A model generated the notes under the pieces. It was not told the DNA's origin, did no database searches, and was given only the letters and a program-made list of their open reading frames with translations. Shown piece after piece: positions 1 to 12,852 of a stretch of DNA of 64,000 nucleotides. Position numbers and translations under genes: made by a program. The DNA is taken from the NCBI RefSeq assembly GCF_036321535.1, contig NC_087436.1, positions 117,120,001 to 117,184,000 on the forward strand. Reading direction: 5' to 3'. The first letter of the stretch is position 1, and each line of letters opens with the position of its first letter. Origin of the DNA: Camelus dromedarius (lineage: Eukaryota).

Positions 1-215
1 TGTAAACTAACCTGTCCTCATTTACACCTTCCTTTTCTTTTCCAGTGCAGAAATTAAAAGTAAGTATAAAGCAAGGTGACTTGGAGTTTCTTTGCGTGTG
101 TCGGAATCACTGGTAAATTGTTGGCTGAGAGCTGTCCCTCCCCTTGCACTTGTGAAAACACTTTGAGCGCTTTAAGACATTAGACCAAGAACTAATTAAA
201 TACCTTTTCTCCTCA
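1..215 (+). other. WDR1: 3' end of the WDR1 3' UTR (terminal exon)
   Basis: Closely resembles my recollection of the end of human WDR1 mRNA (...GCAGAAATTAAAAGTAAGTATAAAGC...TCCCTCCCCTTGCACTTGTGAAAACACTTTGAGCGCTTTAAGA...ATTAAATA). WDR1 lies just upstream of SLC2A9 on the same strand in human. No coding sequence is in the window. Confidence 0.75.
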
Positions 216-240
216 CTGTGGGTTGCTGACTTTGTGATGG
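195..240 (+). terminator. Polyadenylation signal ATTAAA with probable cleavage site near 215 and a GT-rich downstream element
   Basis: ATTAAA at 195-200, CA about 15 nt later, then TGTGGGTTGCTGACTTTGTG. A second ATTAAA lies at 53-58. Confidence 0.6.
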
Positions 241-1691
241 GGACACATGGGACGGGGGACGTTGGAAGCTGCGGACTCTGGGAGCCCGCTCGCCTCCCTA
301 CTGCCCAGTCACAGTGTGACCTGGGCTACCTCACTCCACTTCTCTGTCTAGATCCCACCTGACTCTCAAGTTCTGTGGCAGCTCGTGACCCCTCTGGTAC
401 TGCCATCAAAAGTAAGGAATACCGCACATTTTGATGTTGAAAAAAACAGAATTCCCAAGCATCCAAATTAATGGAAAGGTTGTCTTATTCTTGGCTAGAA
501 AGACATCATAAAGTTGTCCATAAATTTGCAGTCCCAATAGAAAGTCTCCCCCTTCTGTTCTCATATTGCTTCTACAGCTCTTGTATTTAAAAAAAAAAAA
601 AAAAAAAAGGCTAAAAAAGGAAAAGAATGAAATGTTAGTCTGTAATATCTAAAGCTGGGGCCACCGCAGGACACAAAGTCCAGGACTGATTTGTTCCAGG
701 GTCAGGTACCTTTCACATAATGGAGGAATTACTACTCAAACTGGGTAAAAGTGGATAACAACCTGAAAAAAGTAGGCTTGCTTGTCTATCCTGACACCAG
801 ATGCAAGATCTAAAAGTTGATTCAAGTTTTGAATTTTAAACAATGGAATTTGAGTACTGGAAGGAAAGCATGGGTCCTTGTATAGTCACACAAATGTGTT
901 TCTAAGAATGACATAAATGGTCGGGGAGGAAAATATTGGTATACTTGACTTGAAATCTGCATTGAAGGGGGGAAAAGCCACCATAAAATTTTAACCATGG
1001 CAAATGCCAAACAAAAAGATGTGTAACTATGTCTGATGCTTGGTATGACTTTTTTTAAATGGAATTATGTGTCCACACATGGGAAAGTTTCCAAAAAACA
1101 TGACTAAGGAGTAAGTCACTGCATGATGTGTACACAGTGACCACAGCTATGAGAGGAGATGCCAGGCTCGGGATTTAAAACAGGGCTTTCATCTGGAGAA
1201 GGGCTATGGGGCTGGGGGGAGAGGAGGGTGCTCACCAGCCCGCCCGGGGCCACCTCCCCTCCCTCCCTCAGTCCCTTCACTCACGTAATCAGGCGTTTTA
1301 CAGCAGAACTTGGGTACACCCAAGACTCTACTCATTTCAAGGAGGAGCCTTTGTACTCACAGACTTTAAAACAGAAAGCCAAGCATGGAAGTAAAAAGCC
1401 ACGTCTGAGCTAACAGATTTCTGGGGGTCTGCGTTCACAGCCTAAGTCCCATGTCACGGTCCTGGTTCGAGGAGGAGGAAGCTGCGCCTGCAGGAGTGAC
1501 CCAACTGGGACCTAGTACCCTCAGGACTCCACGCAAGGCAGGGGCAATAGCTTTGTGCACCGGTGGTGTCATTTTCTCTTGCAGACCTGCTGCTCCTATT
1601 GTCTGGGACGGTGATTAAGGATTCAGGACCTTGCTGGACTTGGAACTGTTTCTCCACCTGAAATCCATTAGCAATGCCTGGCAAGGACCAA

Positions 1692-1710
1692 CACCTGCAG
1701 GGGGCAGCAC
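1692..1710 (+). promoter_or_regulatory. Candidate CTCF motif
   Basis: CACCTGCAGGGGGCAGCAC fits the CTCF core CC(A/T)GCAGGGGGC. Motif match only. Confidence 0.3.
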
Positions 1711-2329
1711 ACACCTGTCCTTCTGGTCTGCCAGTTCCAGGCTGAACACAGACTTGTTCTGACCCTCGAGAGGCAACGCGGGGAGAAAGCTGGACTAAGG
1801 GATCTCAGATTCCATCCCAGCTCTATCTCTCCACCGTGTGACCTCGGGGCAAGGACCAGCTTCTCCAAGCCTTCCTCTTTGTTGGTAAGATGAAGTTCAA
1901 CTAGAAGACTGTTGACCCTTATGGGCCCCTTTTGGGGTATATAACAAAGTCAGTTTTGATCAGAGCACCGCCCTGAAGTGAACATGTAGATAACGTGCAT
2001 CTGAACAGTTTGATCAGTTTTTGAAAAGTGCATCTGTGCGTCCATGTGCAGGAAAGAGGATGTGCTGGGATTGAGTCCCTGCTGCAAACAATGATTTCCA
2101 TGTTTACTGCTCGTCACTGGTCACCAGACTAACATAATTGTGTTGATCCCCAAACCAACCGACTCTTGGGAGTGAAAATACTTCTCCAAGTGATTCCTAT
2201 GCTGGAAAGGGGGTCTTGGGTCCTGCCTTATATGAATGTGCCGTGTGTGTGTGTGTGACCCTGAACCTGCTAGAGCTTCATGTCACCTGCCTGGACCTCT
2301 GAGCCCCGGGTGCCCCTTTGTGATGTAAC

Positions 2330-2870
2330 CAGAGCAGCGCCCTGTGGTCTCTTCACACTTGATAATTACTAAAAGCCCCGACGAGGTTTTGATTGCTTTA
2401 CGTGGGTTCTCTCTCTCGACATATACTGCACTAGACATTGAGAACCAAGAAAACCATGGTTATTAATGTATAATTGAAAGTTAACGATTAAAAACCCATT
2501 ATAAGCTAGCACACCTTTAAGAAAAATATATTTTCCAAAATCTTAAAAAAGAAAAAATAGTGGAAGCATGATACTGCTATTGATTTATATTTTGGAAAAT
2601 CTCTTTAATGTCTGGTTTTTCCAACCTATGAAATACATCTTTTAGTTGAAGTATCTGAAGAAAATGTGGCCTCACACAGATACACAGTTGGAAAAGGGGC
2701 AAGGATTTGAAAAGCGTTTCTGGAGAATCGTGGCTATTCATCTTTGACACGACACCAAAACTCAACAAGTGGAAATTTCTTAAAGGTTAACTGCAAAGTA
2801 GAATCCAAAACCATCATCAATGAACTTTTTGTGCTCTATTACATTAAAATTCTTCTGCACGAACCAAGGT
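2330..2870. mobile_element. hAT-Charlie (Charlie1-like) DNA transposon fragment
   Basis: Segments such as TTTGACACGACACCAAAACTCAACAAGTGG..TTTCTTAAAGGTTA resemble the Charlie1 consensus as recalled. Confidence 0.5.
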
Positions 2871-2952
2871 TTTTCTCAAACTCTGCAATTAAAACAAAAT
2901 GAAGAAATGTTTGATTACTGAAATTATTGAGACCAATATAAAACTCCACCCA

Positions 2953-3101
2953 AGGCGTAAGGGGTATAGCTCAGTGGTGGGGCACATGCTCAGCATGCAT
3001 GAGGTCCTGGGTTCAATCCCCAGTATCTCCACTAACAACAAAAAGAATCAAATTTTTTTAGAAGAGCAAGTTTCATAGTAATAGTTAAAAAAAAAAAACA
3101 A
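2953..3101 (+). mobile_element. tRNA-derived camelid-type SINE
   Basis: A/B-box head GGGTATAGCTCAGTGG...GGTTCAATCCC, A-rich tail, degenerate TSD AAAACTCCACCCA / AAAACTTCAGCCA. Confidence 0.85.
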
Positions 3102-3504
3102 AAAACTTCAGCCACATGTGATATAAACATGATGCAAGGCTTCAGTGCTCAACCTGGAGTTTAACTTGTTTTTTTAAACTGCACTTTTAAACTACACTGA
3201 CTATATGTTTGAGCTTAGATCATACTATTTTAACTAATTAAAATATCCTGCTTAACACTTTTATAAATTGAGATTCTGTGTAAGATTTTATTTATAGAAA
3301 TAGTTGTACTGAAAGCAGTTTGACAACCACTGGGTCAGATAATCTTTAAAAGCAGTAATTTCACATTTTATTATGCTCATATAACTTGTAAAATCTTCTC
3401 TAAGTGGTCCCTGTCCACCTCAGTTTTTCAGTCTCTTTTAACTGGAACAAATTTGTAGCAAGCAATGTCGGCACCAGCGCTTGGACAGACACCTTCCTCA
3501 GCTC

Positions 3505-3672
3505 CGTCAGCCTCAGCACCGTTAACCACTGGCACAGGACAAGTCTTTGTTGCTGGGAACCATTCTGTGCATCTCAGGACGCTTGGCAGTGGCCCTGGCC
3601 TCAACACCCCAGATGCCCGTAGCCGTCCCTGCCCCAGCTGTGACAACTAAAAATATCTCCAGACATGGCCAG
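3505..3672 (-). mobile_element. MER20-like hAT MITE
   Basis: TGTGACAACTAAAAATATCTCCAGACAT is the reverse complement of the recalled MER20 core. Confidence 0.6.
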
Positions 3673-4999
3673 TTCGGACAAGAGGGTCCCTTTTGTACTT
3701 TGAAAGAGCTAGGATGTTGTTCTTACGTAGAAGAGCTTTACAACTCTGTGATCTTAAAAAGAATACAAATCAGATGGTTTCTTCACTTCATTCATTCATT
3801 AATTCAAAGTCCACTCAATCATTTGCTCACACATTTATTCAAGTAAATAATTACTGGTCGTCTGTTATGTTCCAGGTAACACACTCAGCCGTGAGGTAAG
3901 ACAGACATGGTTTGTCTTGTTTCGTGGCACTGACAGTTTGTTGGAGGGGAGTTTAGACCAGGGATTTCAGGGCAGGAGGGTGATGGTGGAGGACATCAGA
4001 TCCAGTTGGGATTGGAGGTGGGGGGATTCCAACTCCCTCTTCCGGCTTCATGAGATCCCGGATGTCAGAGCCTAGTTCCTTTCACACCGACTCCATGTGG
4101 ACGCCCTTTTCCCATTTCGGAAGCCAGCCTGCTGCTCTGGTGCCTGAGTCCCTGGTTGGAGTGCTGGGCTAAGAACAGCAGAGAGCAGCTTGTGATCACA
4201 GAGCCAGCCTGCAGGAAACACGGGAACAGGGAAGGAAAACGGAGAGAAGGAACAGGCGGAGGGACCAAGGAAGCCAAGTATGGTCAACACACCAGGATGG
4301 CCTTCCTTCCAGACTCTGCCAGCAGGATGCCCTGGTTCCTGGCTTTCTGATGGAGGGGCTGCCTGGGTCTATGTTAAAACAGCCAGAGTCACGTGAAGAG
4401 GACAGTTGGTATTTGTCGTCAAACCCACTGGGCCCAGCAGGAGGAACGCCATCTCTTTCATCACCTGCAAGCCATGCCTTTGTTAAGAGCAGGGGCTGGC
4501 CGCCAGGACTGAGGAAACGCCTGTGCAATGATCTCGTTTAAGATGACAGAAGACAGTCAGTCGCTCCCCACAGGGATAACTCGAGGTCCCCAGCAGATGC
4601 CTTTTTACCAGCAGATGAATGGACCCTATTCAGGTTCATGGTTGGGGTGGGAGAGGGCTTGGTTGGTGAGGCACAGGGACCTGGCTTCTCACCTTCCCAA
4701 CTTATCAAAGTTTCCCTGTTCTCCACTTCTTTCCAACAGGCAAAAGAGTAAATGGCAAAGATTTGTCCCAAAGTGATGCTCAGGGATGGTATTCATTTAA
4801 TTTCTCATTCTCACTTCTTCCCCAAATCACCTAGCTGGCGTCTCAGTGTCAGCAAGCTCATCCCACCTTGTGTCCCGAGGAAAGGGGAGATGAAGGGCAT
4901 ATGTTTGTTTGCAAAATCGGGCTTTCAGAGAAACAGTATTTCTCAAAGTGTGGTCCAAGACCAGCCGCATCAGCAATTCCACATAAAATTGTGGATTCC

Positions 5000-5640
5000 A
5001 CCGTGTGGCAGTGTCTCCCAGAATTAAACCCAAACTCACCCTCTAGCCTCTCAACCCCACTCCTAAGTGTAGACAAGAGCACGGAGCATGTGTGTTCCAC
5101 AAAAGACTGGATTAGAACAGTTGAGCAGCGCTGTTCACAAACGCCCCAAACTGGGATCCACCCAGCTGCCCCTCAGCAGGAGAACAGGGGAATAAATTGT
5201 GGTTTATCCACATTCAACGATAGAAGTCAATGAACTCCTGACACAGACAACAGCGTGGGATTCTTCTCACACACATGATGCTGAACAGGATAACCTAGAC
5301 ACAGAAGAGTACCATGTGGTTCCCTTCATAGGAAGTTTCAGCACAGGCTAATCTGTGTCAACAAAAGTTAGAATACTGGTGATCTGCCATCGGAGGTGGA
5401 GTGGGGCGGCAGTTACTGGTTAGGAAAGGGCGTTGGGGGTGTTGGGACTGCTCTGTATCCTGATCTGAATAGAGGTTATGCAGGTATATACGTATGTGGA
5501 AAACACATAGCTATGTACCTATATGGAGAGCACTAGGTAAATGGCATACTATGGTAGACAGACAGACCACATATGTATAGATATGTAAATATGCACTGAG
5601 CCCTGTGCTTACGATTTACAAACGTTACTACATAATTCAC
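5000..5640 (+). mobile_element. Old L1 (L1M) 3' fragment
   Basis: L1 3' UTR-like motifs (CCCCACTCCTAAGTGT...ACAAAAGACT...CCCCAAACTGG...TGTATCCTGATCTG). Confidence 0.55.
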
Positions 5641-8054
5641 ACACGCATATTTCCAGCCTCATTCCAGATCTACCAAATCAGAATCTCATTACAGGCGCCA
5701 AGGAATCTGCATTTTGCAACCCCGATGTCGGTGGTGCGCACTGAAGGTTGACCACCGGTGATGTAGGCTGTGTGGATGATAAGGGAGGGGCTATTGTCAT
5801 CCCCCAGAACATACCACACCCCACTTCCCGTCTGGGTTGGAGCACAACAAGATTTTTACTGTCACTAGGGAGTAAGATTGATGTGAGTTCTCTCATCTGT
5901 TAAGGTCGGGTGCTGGGATCATGTGAACAAGATTGTCACAGCCTCTATCCCAGACAGAAGCCTCACTCTCGTGGAAATACAAACAGATAAGTCTTCTCTG
6001 CTTTTTTTTTTTAATTAAAAATTAAAACCAACTCTTTCTATCTTTCTAACTCTAAGTGGACAAATAGGTATTTTAAACTTGTAATCAGTCTGTAAATGAT
6101 TTTTGGTTCCATCTTCTTTCCCTGGGTTGTAATCCGCATGTTCAGCATTATTAACTGAAAAAGGAGGCAGGTGACACTCGTTGAGTGTCTAGAATAGGCA
6201 AGGCTGTTTTGCTTCTGTGATATCATTGGATTCTAAAAACAAACTAGGAGCGCACCTGAGGCTCAGAAGGATCAGCGCAAATAGGCGGTGCCACTAGGGT
6301 TTAACCCCGATCTCTCCAGCTCCGCTGAAGAACGGCTGTTGTTTGGCGGGAAGAGGCTGCTAAGGATCCCAGTCTTCCACTCGTTTAACTTACAGCCAGA
6401 AGAGTTTATCTTTGTCATTAAAAGCTATAAGAAAACATCATCTCAATATCTGCATCTTATTCAACAAGTGGATGGATAGAGCGTAATTTATGTAATCATT
6501 CCCGTAATTGTTGGAAGAGATGCCTCGTAAGTTTTCTTGCTCATTGAACCTGCCACCTACCAATCTGGTCTGCTTTTTTCTTGGGTCTCTCCCTGCCCTC
6601 CGCGTTTGGGGCTGGTTTCAGATTTCCAGTGTTGGCCCAACCAAACGTCTTGATGCACATGTTTTAACATCAGCCATTGCCTTGAGGATGGCTGCCTTTG
6701 GACAGGTTATTAAAAATGAATAACCCCAACAAAGCCTATGCACGCTTTTAAGACAGGGACTGTTTTGCCAAACTGCTCTCCAACAACATTCTACTGACTT
6801 GCGTTCCTCTCCACAGTGAGCGAGTACCTGTCTCATTCCACTCCCGTCAACTGTGGGTGCCATGACTCATCCGAGCTCCAAACCACACTTGGCCGATACA
6901 GCACCGCAATTCAACTGGCATTAACAAGGCTGGTCGTTTTAAATCTATTTATTGTTTCTGTTTTTCCATATATGCATTTCTTAGTCTTGGGAGTGTCGGG
7001 GTGAGCTCCTGATATATTAAGAAGCGGTTTTATATTTTGCTGTATCTCATATATCTAGAAGCAGGTTATAGGTTCTACCAAACTCAAGGCAACGGGTCAC
7101 ACAAGCACACAAAACCCAGATCATAGGGCCTCCTTAAGAGTCTGCGCAGGTGGCCTCAAGGGTGTTCATTCAATTATTTAAAAAAACTGTATATATATAT
7201 GTATGTGTGTATATATTATATAGTAAAGATATTTCTAAACCTATAGTATATTTCACAATTAAAAATTTTTTAAACTGTGTAGCAATTTTTGTTTTAAATA
7301 AATTGGTTTGGATCTGAGTGTGCCCATGTACAGCCAAACAGAAGGAATCTCTCTGCTTAGGCGGCCGTGTCTGAAATGAAACCTGGAACTCACTCAAGTG
7401 CCCCGGAGGACTCACTCTTTATTTCTGAGATACTGGAATTCAGCGTGAGTTCAGAAGGCACTTTACGGATTGCACTCTGAAATCTTTGAATTGCAGAAAT
7501 TACCTCAATACTTCATTCTGATTCAAAAAAAGAAAGGAATAGGTTTAACCTATAACCAATCTGCAAAGAATTGACATTTTTACGCTGTTTACCATCTGCC
7601 CAGACCATCTCTCTCCAAAGGTCGAATCAACCTTCTTTAACACCCCTTAATATAGTTTGATAGTTGTAGTCATTCACGGAACTCATCTTTCTTACCAAAC
7701 TGATCCCTAGGTATTCCATGCTTTGTTCCTATTGTGATTTTCATAGATGATTTCTGCTAATTAATTAAATAATTAATAATTTTGCCTTTGCAAAATTCCC
7801 AAATTAATTCTAAGAATTTTCATTTCTATTTGCTTAGGTTTTCTAGGTACGCAGTGGCAGCATGTGGACACTGTGGCACTTTTGTTTGTTTGTTTCCTTC
7901 TTCCCTGTGGCCGTAACCCTGATTTACACCTCCTGAGGAAAGTTCCTTAAAAGCTTTAACCTGCTGAGTCAGATAAATCTCAGATGGTTTGCTTCTGCCT
8001 TGGGAAAGTGGCCTAACCTCTCTGTGCCTCATTTTCCTCATTTGAACCTGGTAC

Positions 8055-8696
8055 TGTTGCCGGTGACTAGGTTCTTGTCCCATCGCAGAAAGAATTCAGA
8101 GATGAGACTCTTAGGTTAAGAAAGTGAAGTGGGGATTTATGAAGGGATTTACAGTACACTCTCAAGGGGAGAGCGGGCGGACCCCGGTGAGCAGCTGCCC
8201 GGTGTTTCTTTGCAAGTTGGTTACACAGAGTGTCAAAACGATTGGGCAGAATACTCACTGGGGAGGGAAGGGTTTGGGGTTGTATTTCCTGATTTTCATC
8301 CCAACTGTTCCTTTCCGAAAGGAGGAGGGATTTTTGTCCTTATTTAGTCTGGATCGGAAGTGTCATGGCATGAGTGCATGATGGGTGCTTCTAATCTGCA
8401 AGGCTAATTTTATCAAAATGAGGGCATAATGAGCAAAAGATTACACTCAGACACTGGAGATTCCTGCCTTTTCCAACCTTTCTTTATTGGCCTCAGACTG
8501 CTTGTCACCCCCCAGAATGTGTGACCGCTTATCAGCCCAGAGCTTCCTGCTTCTCTTTCTCTGCCCAGCAACCCCTGTTGTTTACATGACGCATGGTTTC
8601 CTGCATTCAGCCCGTGCCCCTCCTTTCTGCCCAGTTCCCGCCGTTTGGCCTGAGTCCCCCTTTCTCTGCTCACATAGCTGTCTGCCTGCTCTAACA
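8055..8696. mobile_element. Solo ERV LTR (class I-like) inserted in a MIR
   Basis: TGTTG...AACA termini, 4-bp TSD GTAC/GAAC, and MIR sequence (CTCTGTGCCTCATTTTCCTCAT... / ...ATTGTGAGGGTT) resuming on both sides. Confidence 0.75.
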
Positions 8697-9140
8697 GAAC
8701 CACCACCAAATCTTCTTCATACGATTATTGTGAGGGTTGGATAATGCCTACTGGGAGCACAGCATCTGTCTCAAAACTTGGTCCATGTTAGAGAAAGCAG
8801 GGTTATTATTATATTTTAACAGGAACTTACCCAAAAGTGACAGAGCGGGGCAGCCAGGTTGTTAAGCCCGAGCTGGGTGGTGGAGCAGACGTGTGCTGAC
8901 GTATGACACCTGCTATGTCTCCTGGGACTGTGCTGGGTGCTTTCCAAGTATCTCCTAACGTAACCAGCAGCCTCAGGGAGGTAAAGCAGCTGTCCCAGCA
9001 TCTCCTAATTCCCTCGAAGGGCAAACCTGGCACACCTTGTTGGTCCTGGGGGAAGGGTCAGAGTTTATTCAGCCCAGAGGCGTCCAACCCTGGCTGTGCA
9101 CTGGGAATATCTGAGGGTCCCTTTATCTTTTCCCTTAACA

Positions 9141-9213
9141 GAGGCACTGAGGATGGAACCCAGGACCTTGTGCTACCAAGCACACGCCCTACCACTGAGC
9201 TACATCCCTACCC
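9141..9213 (-). mobile_element. tRNA-derived SINE head
   Basis: Reverse complement reads GGGTAGGGATGTAGCTCAGTGGTAGGGCGTGTGCTT...GGTCCTGGGTTCCATCCTCAG. Confidence 0.75.
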
Positions 9214-9460
9214 GCTCTGACAGCACACTGATGGCTGAGCCCAGCCTCAGACCAACTGGATTGGACTCCCAAAGGTAGATCTGACACCTGCATCTTTTCA
9301 AACCTCCCCAGGTAATTGTAATGACCAGGGCTGGGAACCACCGATGGCTCCTATAACACTGACCTTTCAGGCATAACCATGGAAGCCTGGCCCTAAATTC
9401 CAGGTGTGCTCAAGGGCATCGTCCCTCTCTTTGCCGTGAGTGAATTCACCCATCACTGCC

Positions 9461-9812
9461 TGATGTGATTCATTCTGTGTGTCCACTAGGCTGGGCCACA
9501 GCGCCCAGATATTCAGTCAAATGTTATTCTGGATGTTTCTTCTAAGGTGTTTGTTGGGTGAGATTAACATTGAAATCCTCAGACTTTGGGCAAAGCCTTA
9601 CCCTCCATATTGCGGGTGGGCCTTGAGAAACAGAAGACTGACCTCCTTGGAGCAAGAGGGAATTCAGCAGTGGGCTGCCTTGGGACTTGGACTGCAAGTC
9701 TGTCTGGGGCTCCAGCCTGCCAGCCTGCCCTGTGGACTGTGGACTTACACCTGCACAAATCACATGAGCTGAGTCCTCCTGTGGTTCTGTTGTACTGGAG
9801 AACCTCAATGCA
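9461..9812 (+). mobile_element. MLT2-like ERVL LTR
   Basis: GGCTGGGCCACAG..CCCAGATATT..GTCAAA...GAGATTAACATTGAAATC...GGTTCTGTT..CTGGAGAACC resembles MLT2. Confidence 0.65.
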
Positions 9813-9987
9813 CGGCCATTGGGAAAACTGACCTCCTGTTCAATACAGTCATAAATAAAACATCTCACTCCCGTTCTTCTTTGGGAAACTATGACTAGAG
9901 AATGAGTGTTACAGAAGCAGGATTTTCAGTCTAAGGGAGGATACGGGTCACCTGGTCCAACAGAGACAGAGGCGCAGAGATGGGCAT

Positions 9988-10206
9988 AGCCCTGGGGTGA
10001 TTTTGCCCCTCGGGAGACATTGAGCAATGTCTGGAGACATTTTTGGTTATAATGGGGTTGGGGGAGAGGGGCTGGAGTCAGGGATGGGGGTGCAAAGTGG
10101 CTACTGGCATCGAGTGAGCAGAGGGGCCAGGGATGCTGTTAACCGTGCCACAATGCACAGAGTTATCCAGCGTAAAAGGCAATTGTGGCAAGGCTGAGAG
10201 ACCCTG
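9988..10206 (+). mobile_element. MER20 hAT MITE
   Basis: GGGGTGATTTTGCCCC...AATGTCTGGAGACATTTTTGGTT...CTACTGGCATC...CCAGGGATGCTG...GCTGAGAGACCCTG. Confidence 0.7.
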
Positions 10207-11406
10207 GGTTAGGAGGGGAAACACTTCGTCATAAAGGAATTAACTTCTCACCACTGTGGAGGGAGGAGGATTACACTCAAATCTGGAAGGAGCCCTAACA
10301 CGGCAACGGGACTCTAGTAGACAGACTGGAAAAACAGGCTGGGGAGAAACATTACTGTAAAGCCTAAAGCACATCGGAACTTCTCAAGAGGCCAGCTCTT
10401 CCTGGGAGGTAGGACAGAACGTCCCGCCGTGGGAGCTTCATCGGCTGGTGTGTGGCTTGAATTATGCTCCTAAGTGACCATGAACTGAGAAGGTCTCTTT
10501 CTAGGAGTTCTGGCACCACGTCCTAGTGCGAGACAAGAGGTGCTGAGTAGCTGTCTTGTGTTTGGGGGTGCTCCGTGGGGAGGGCTAGGATGCCAGAGTT
10601 CCGGTCTTCTCTCCACCAAGGATGAGTTTTTACACTGATGGTAAGAGGTTCATGGTTTCATGTTTTCCCTTCTCAGAACTTGGGATACATCCAGGCAGCA
10701 GCAGGAGTGTGCGATGTTCTGAACACAAGGTCAAGTGCAGGCAGTCAGCCCTCAGCAGTGTTTATTAAGGAGTTCATGAGTAAGTGGGGGAAAAAAGGAG
10801 CTAATAAACAAGTAAATGACAATTCAGTTCCATCATCTGTTGAGCGAGGATGTCAAAACACTGGAGGTGGTAGCGTGAACCCAGTGGGATGACATAGGGA
10901 CGTCAGTGAAAAAGATTGCATGTCCTTTAAAAACTCCAGATGTTCTTTGCACGTCTTACAGCCCAGAGTGTGTCCGGGATGATGTTAGAAACAAACAAAC
11001 AAACAAACAAAAAACAGAAAGGGAGGGCTGAGTTGAGACGAATGTGCCTTAACTTCAGGGAAACAAACACTCCTGTGACGGAAGGCACAGGTTAGACAGC
11101 GCGTGGTTGGAGGGCAGGTGTGTCCTGTGAAGCATTTTCATCTCTAGCCAGTTCCACCCGAGCCAAGTGCCACACAGGTGCCTTTCATCAAGCTCGTGAG
11201 TCCCCTGGGGATCTGAGAGGTGGACACAGAGCGGGGAGGGGAGTTGCCCACTCCTTCAGACCGCGCTGGTGCAGCCGGGTCCATGCTGGGCACCCAGTCC
11301 TAAACCGACCCAGAGGAATTATAGGGACAGGTCAGTAGAGGGACTTCAGATCGTCTTCTCTCATTCGTTTATTCATTAATTCATTCAGCAAATAGTTACA
11401 AGGACT

Positions 11407-11645
11407 ATATTTCCTGTGGCTGCTGTCATAAATTACCACAAACTCAGTGGCTTAAATGCCAACTTATTGTCTTATATTTCCAGAGGTCAGAAATCTGACA
11501 CCGGTGTCTTGGAGCCAAAATCAAAGTGTCAGCAGGGTGCGTGCCTTTCTGGAGGCTCTAGGGGACAGTCCCTTGCTTGCCTGTTACAGCTTCTCAGGAC
11601 TGCCTGCACTCCTTGGCTCACGGGCCCTTCCTCATCTTCAAAGCT
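11407..11645 (-). mobile_element. MLT1 (MaLR) LTR fragment
   Basis: GGCTGCTGTCATAAATTACCACAAACTCAGTGGCTTAAA...GAGGCTCTAGGGGA is typical of MLT1. Confidence 0.7.
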
Positions 11646-12476
11646 AAAAACCTTGATGACCAAGGAAATGAACACGGGTGGCTCTGTAGACTCACTGCAC
11701 CCCCTGTGTGACATACCTGAGCCAGAACTACATTGCCTACCTGATTCTCATATGGCTTATGTTAATGGTGGAGGGGGCTTAACAATGCTTTGGGTCCCTG
11801 GATGTCAGCGTCAACACAGACGCTGTATGCAACAGCCCTTGAAATGTATAATTGTAATTTTTGCCCAGTATATGGATTCTTGGGTAACGTCTTGGGGCAT
11901 TAAATGAGGGAATCACTACTGTATATCCACCTGCTCTTCCACCTTCAAGCAAAGGCTGTTTGTACCCGAGTATCAGACAATCATCCGCTGGGTCTGGGGG
12001 TTGGTGGTCTGCCAGGCAGGATGCTCCTGTTGGTTGAAGAAAGTTCTTTGGAGAAGGAAGCAGCGGTGAGCTTTTATCGGCCACACTGACAGCAGCTAGG
12101 GGACAGGTGCATGGGCTACTGAAGGGGCTACAGGTGGGACATCAATGCATCCACCGCAGGCATCTCCTGAGAGTGATGGGTAGATGGGGAGGTTAGAGGA
12201 CACTTGAAAAACACTTGGTGGAGAGTGAGATGCCAGCAGCATGGTGCCCGTGTGAATATGGTACCCTGTGTTTAGTGATGGAAGCCACAGATGCTGCTGG
12301 CCCAAAGCTGTGAAGAAGGAATGGGAGGAGAAGAGTTTAGGATATGTTAACATCTGGAATCTGACTGAGATGAGGGGACTGGGAAGAAGAGGAGGGCTGG
12401 GGGACTGGGGAGAAGCTGAAGGGACCAGTGAACCGCAATAGTCACAAACAGAGCAAGCTGAAAGGAGACTAGATGG

Positions 12477-12852
12477 TGTCCCGCGGCTGCCCTAACAAAG
12501 ACAGCACAACAGAAATTTATTCCCTCCCAGTTCCGGAGGCTAGAGTCTGAGATCAGGGCATCAGCAGAGCCAGGCTCCCTCTGCAGAGACTCTGGGGAGA
12601 ATCCTTTCCCGCCTCTCCAGCTTCCGGTGGTGCCTGTGATCCTTGGCATCAGTTGCCTTCTCCCTATGTGTGTCTGTCTCTTCTTCTTAAAAGGACCCCC
12701 ATCATATTGGATTAGGGCCACCTAATGACTGTATCTTAGCCTGACTACATCTGCAAAGACTTTATTTCCAATGAAGGCCACATTCACAGGTACCAAGGCT
12801 TAGGAACTCAACATATCTTTCTGGCACAGGGAACACAGTTCAACTCATGAAA
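12477..12852 (-). mobile_element. MLT1 (MaLR) LTR
   Basis: CAACAGAAATTTATT...TCTGAGATCAGG...GGATTAGGGCCACC...ACATCTGCAAAGAC...ACAGTTCAAC. Confidence 0.7.

Noticed and set aside
2953..3030. tRNA-like sequences here and at 9141, 40186 and 44200
   Set aside because: They have A-rich tails and/or TSDs and are diverged, so they are SINEs rather than tRNA genes.
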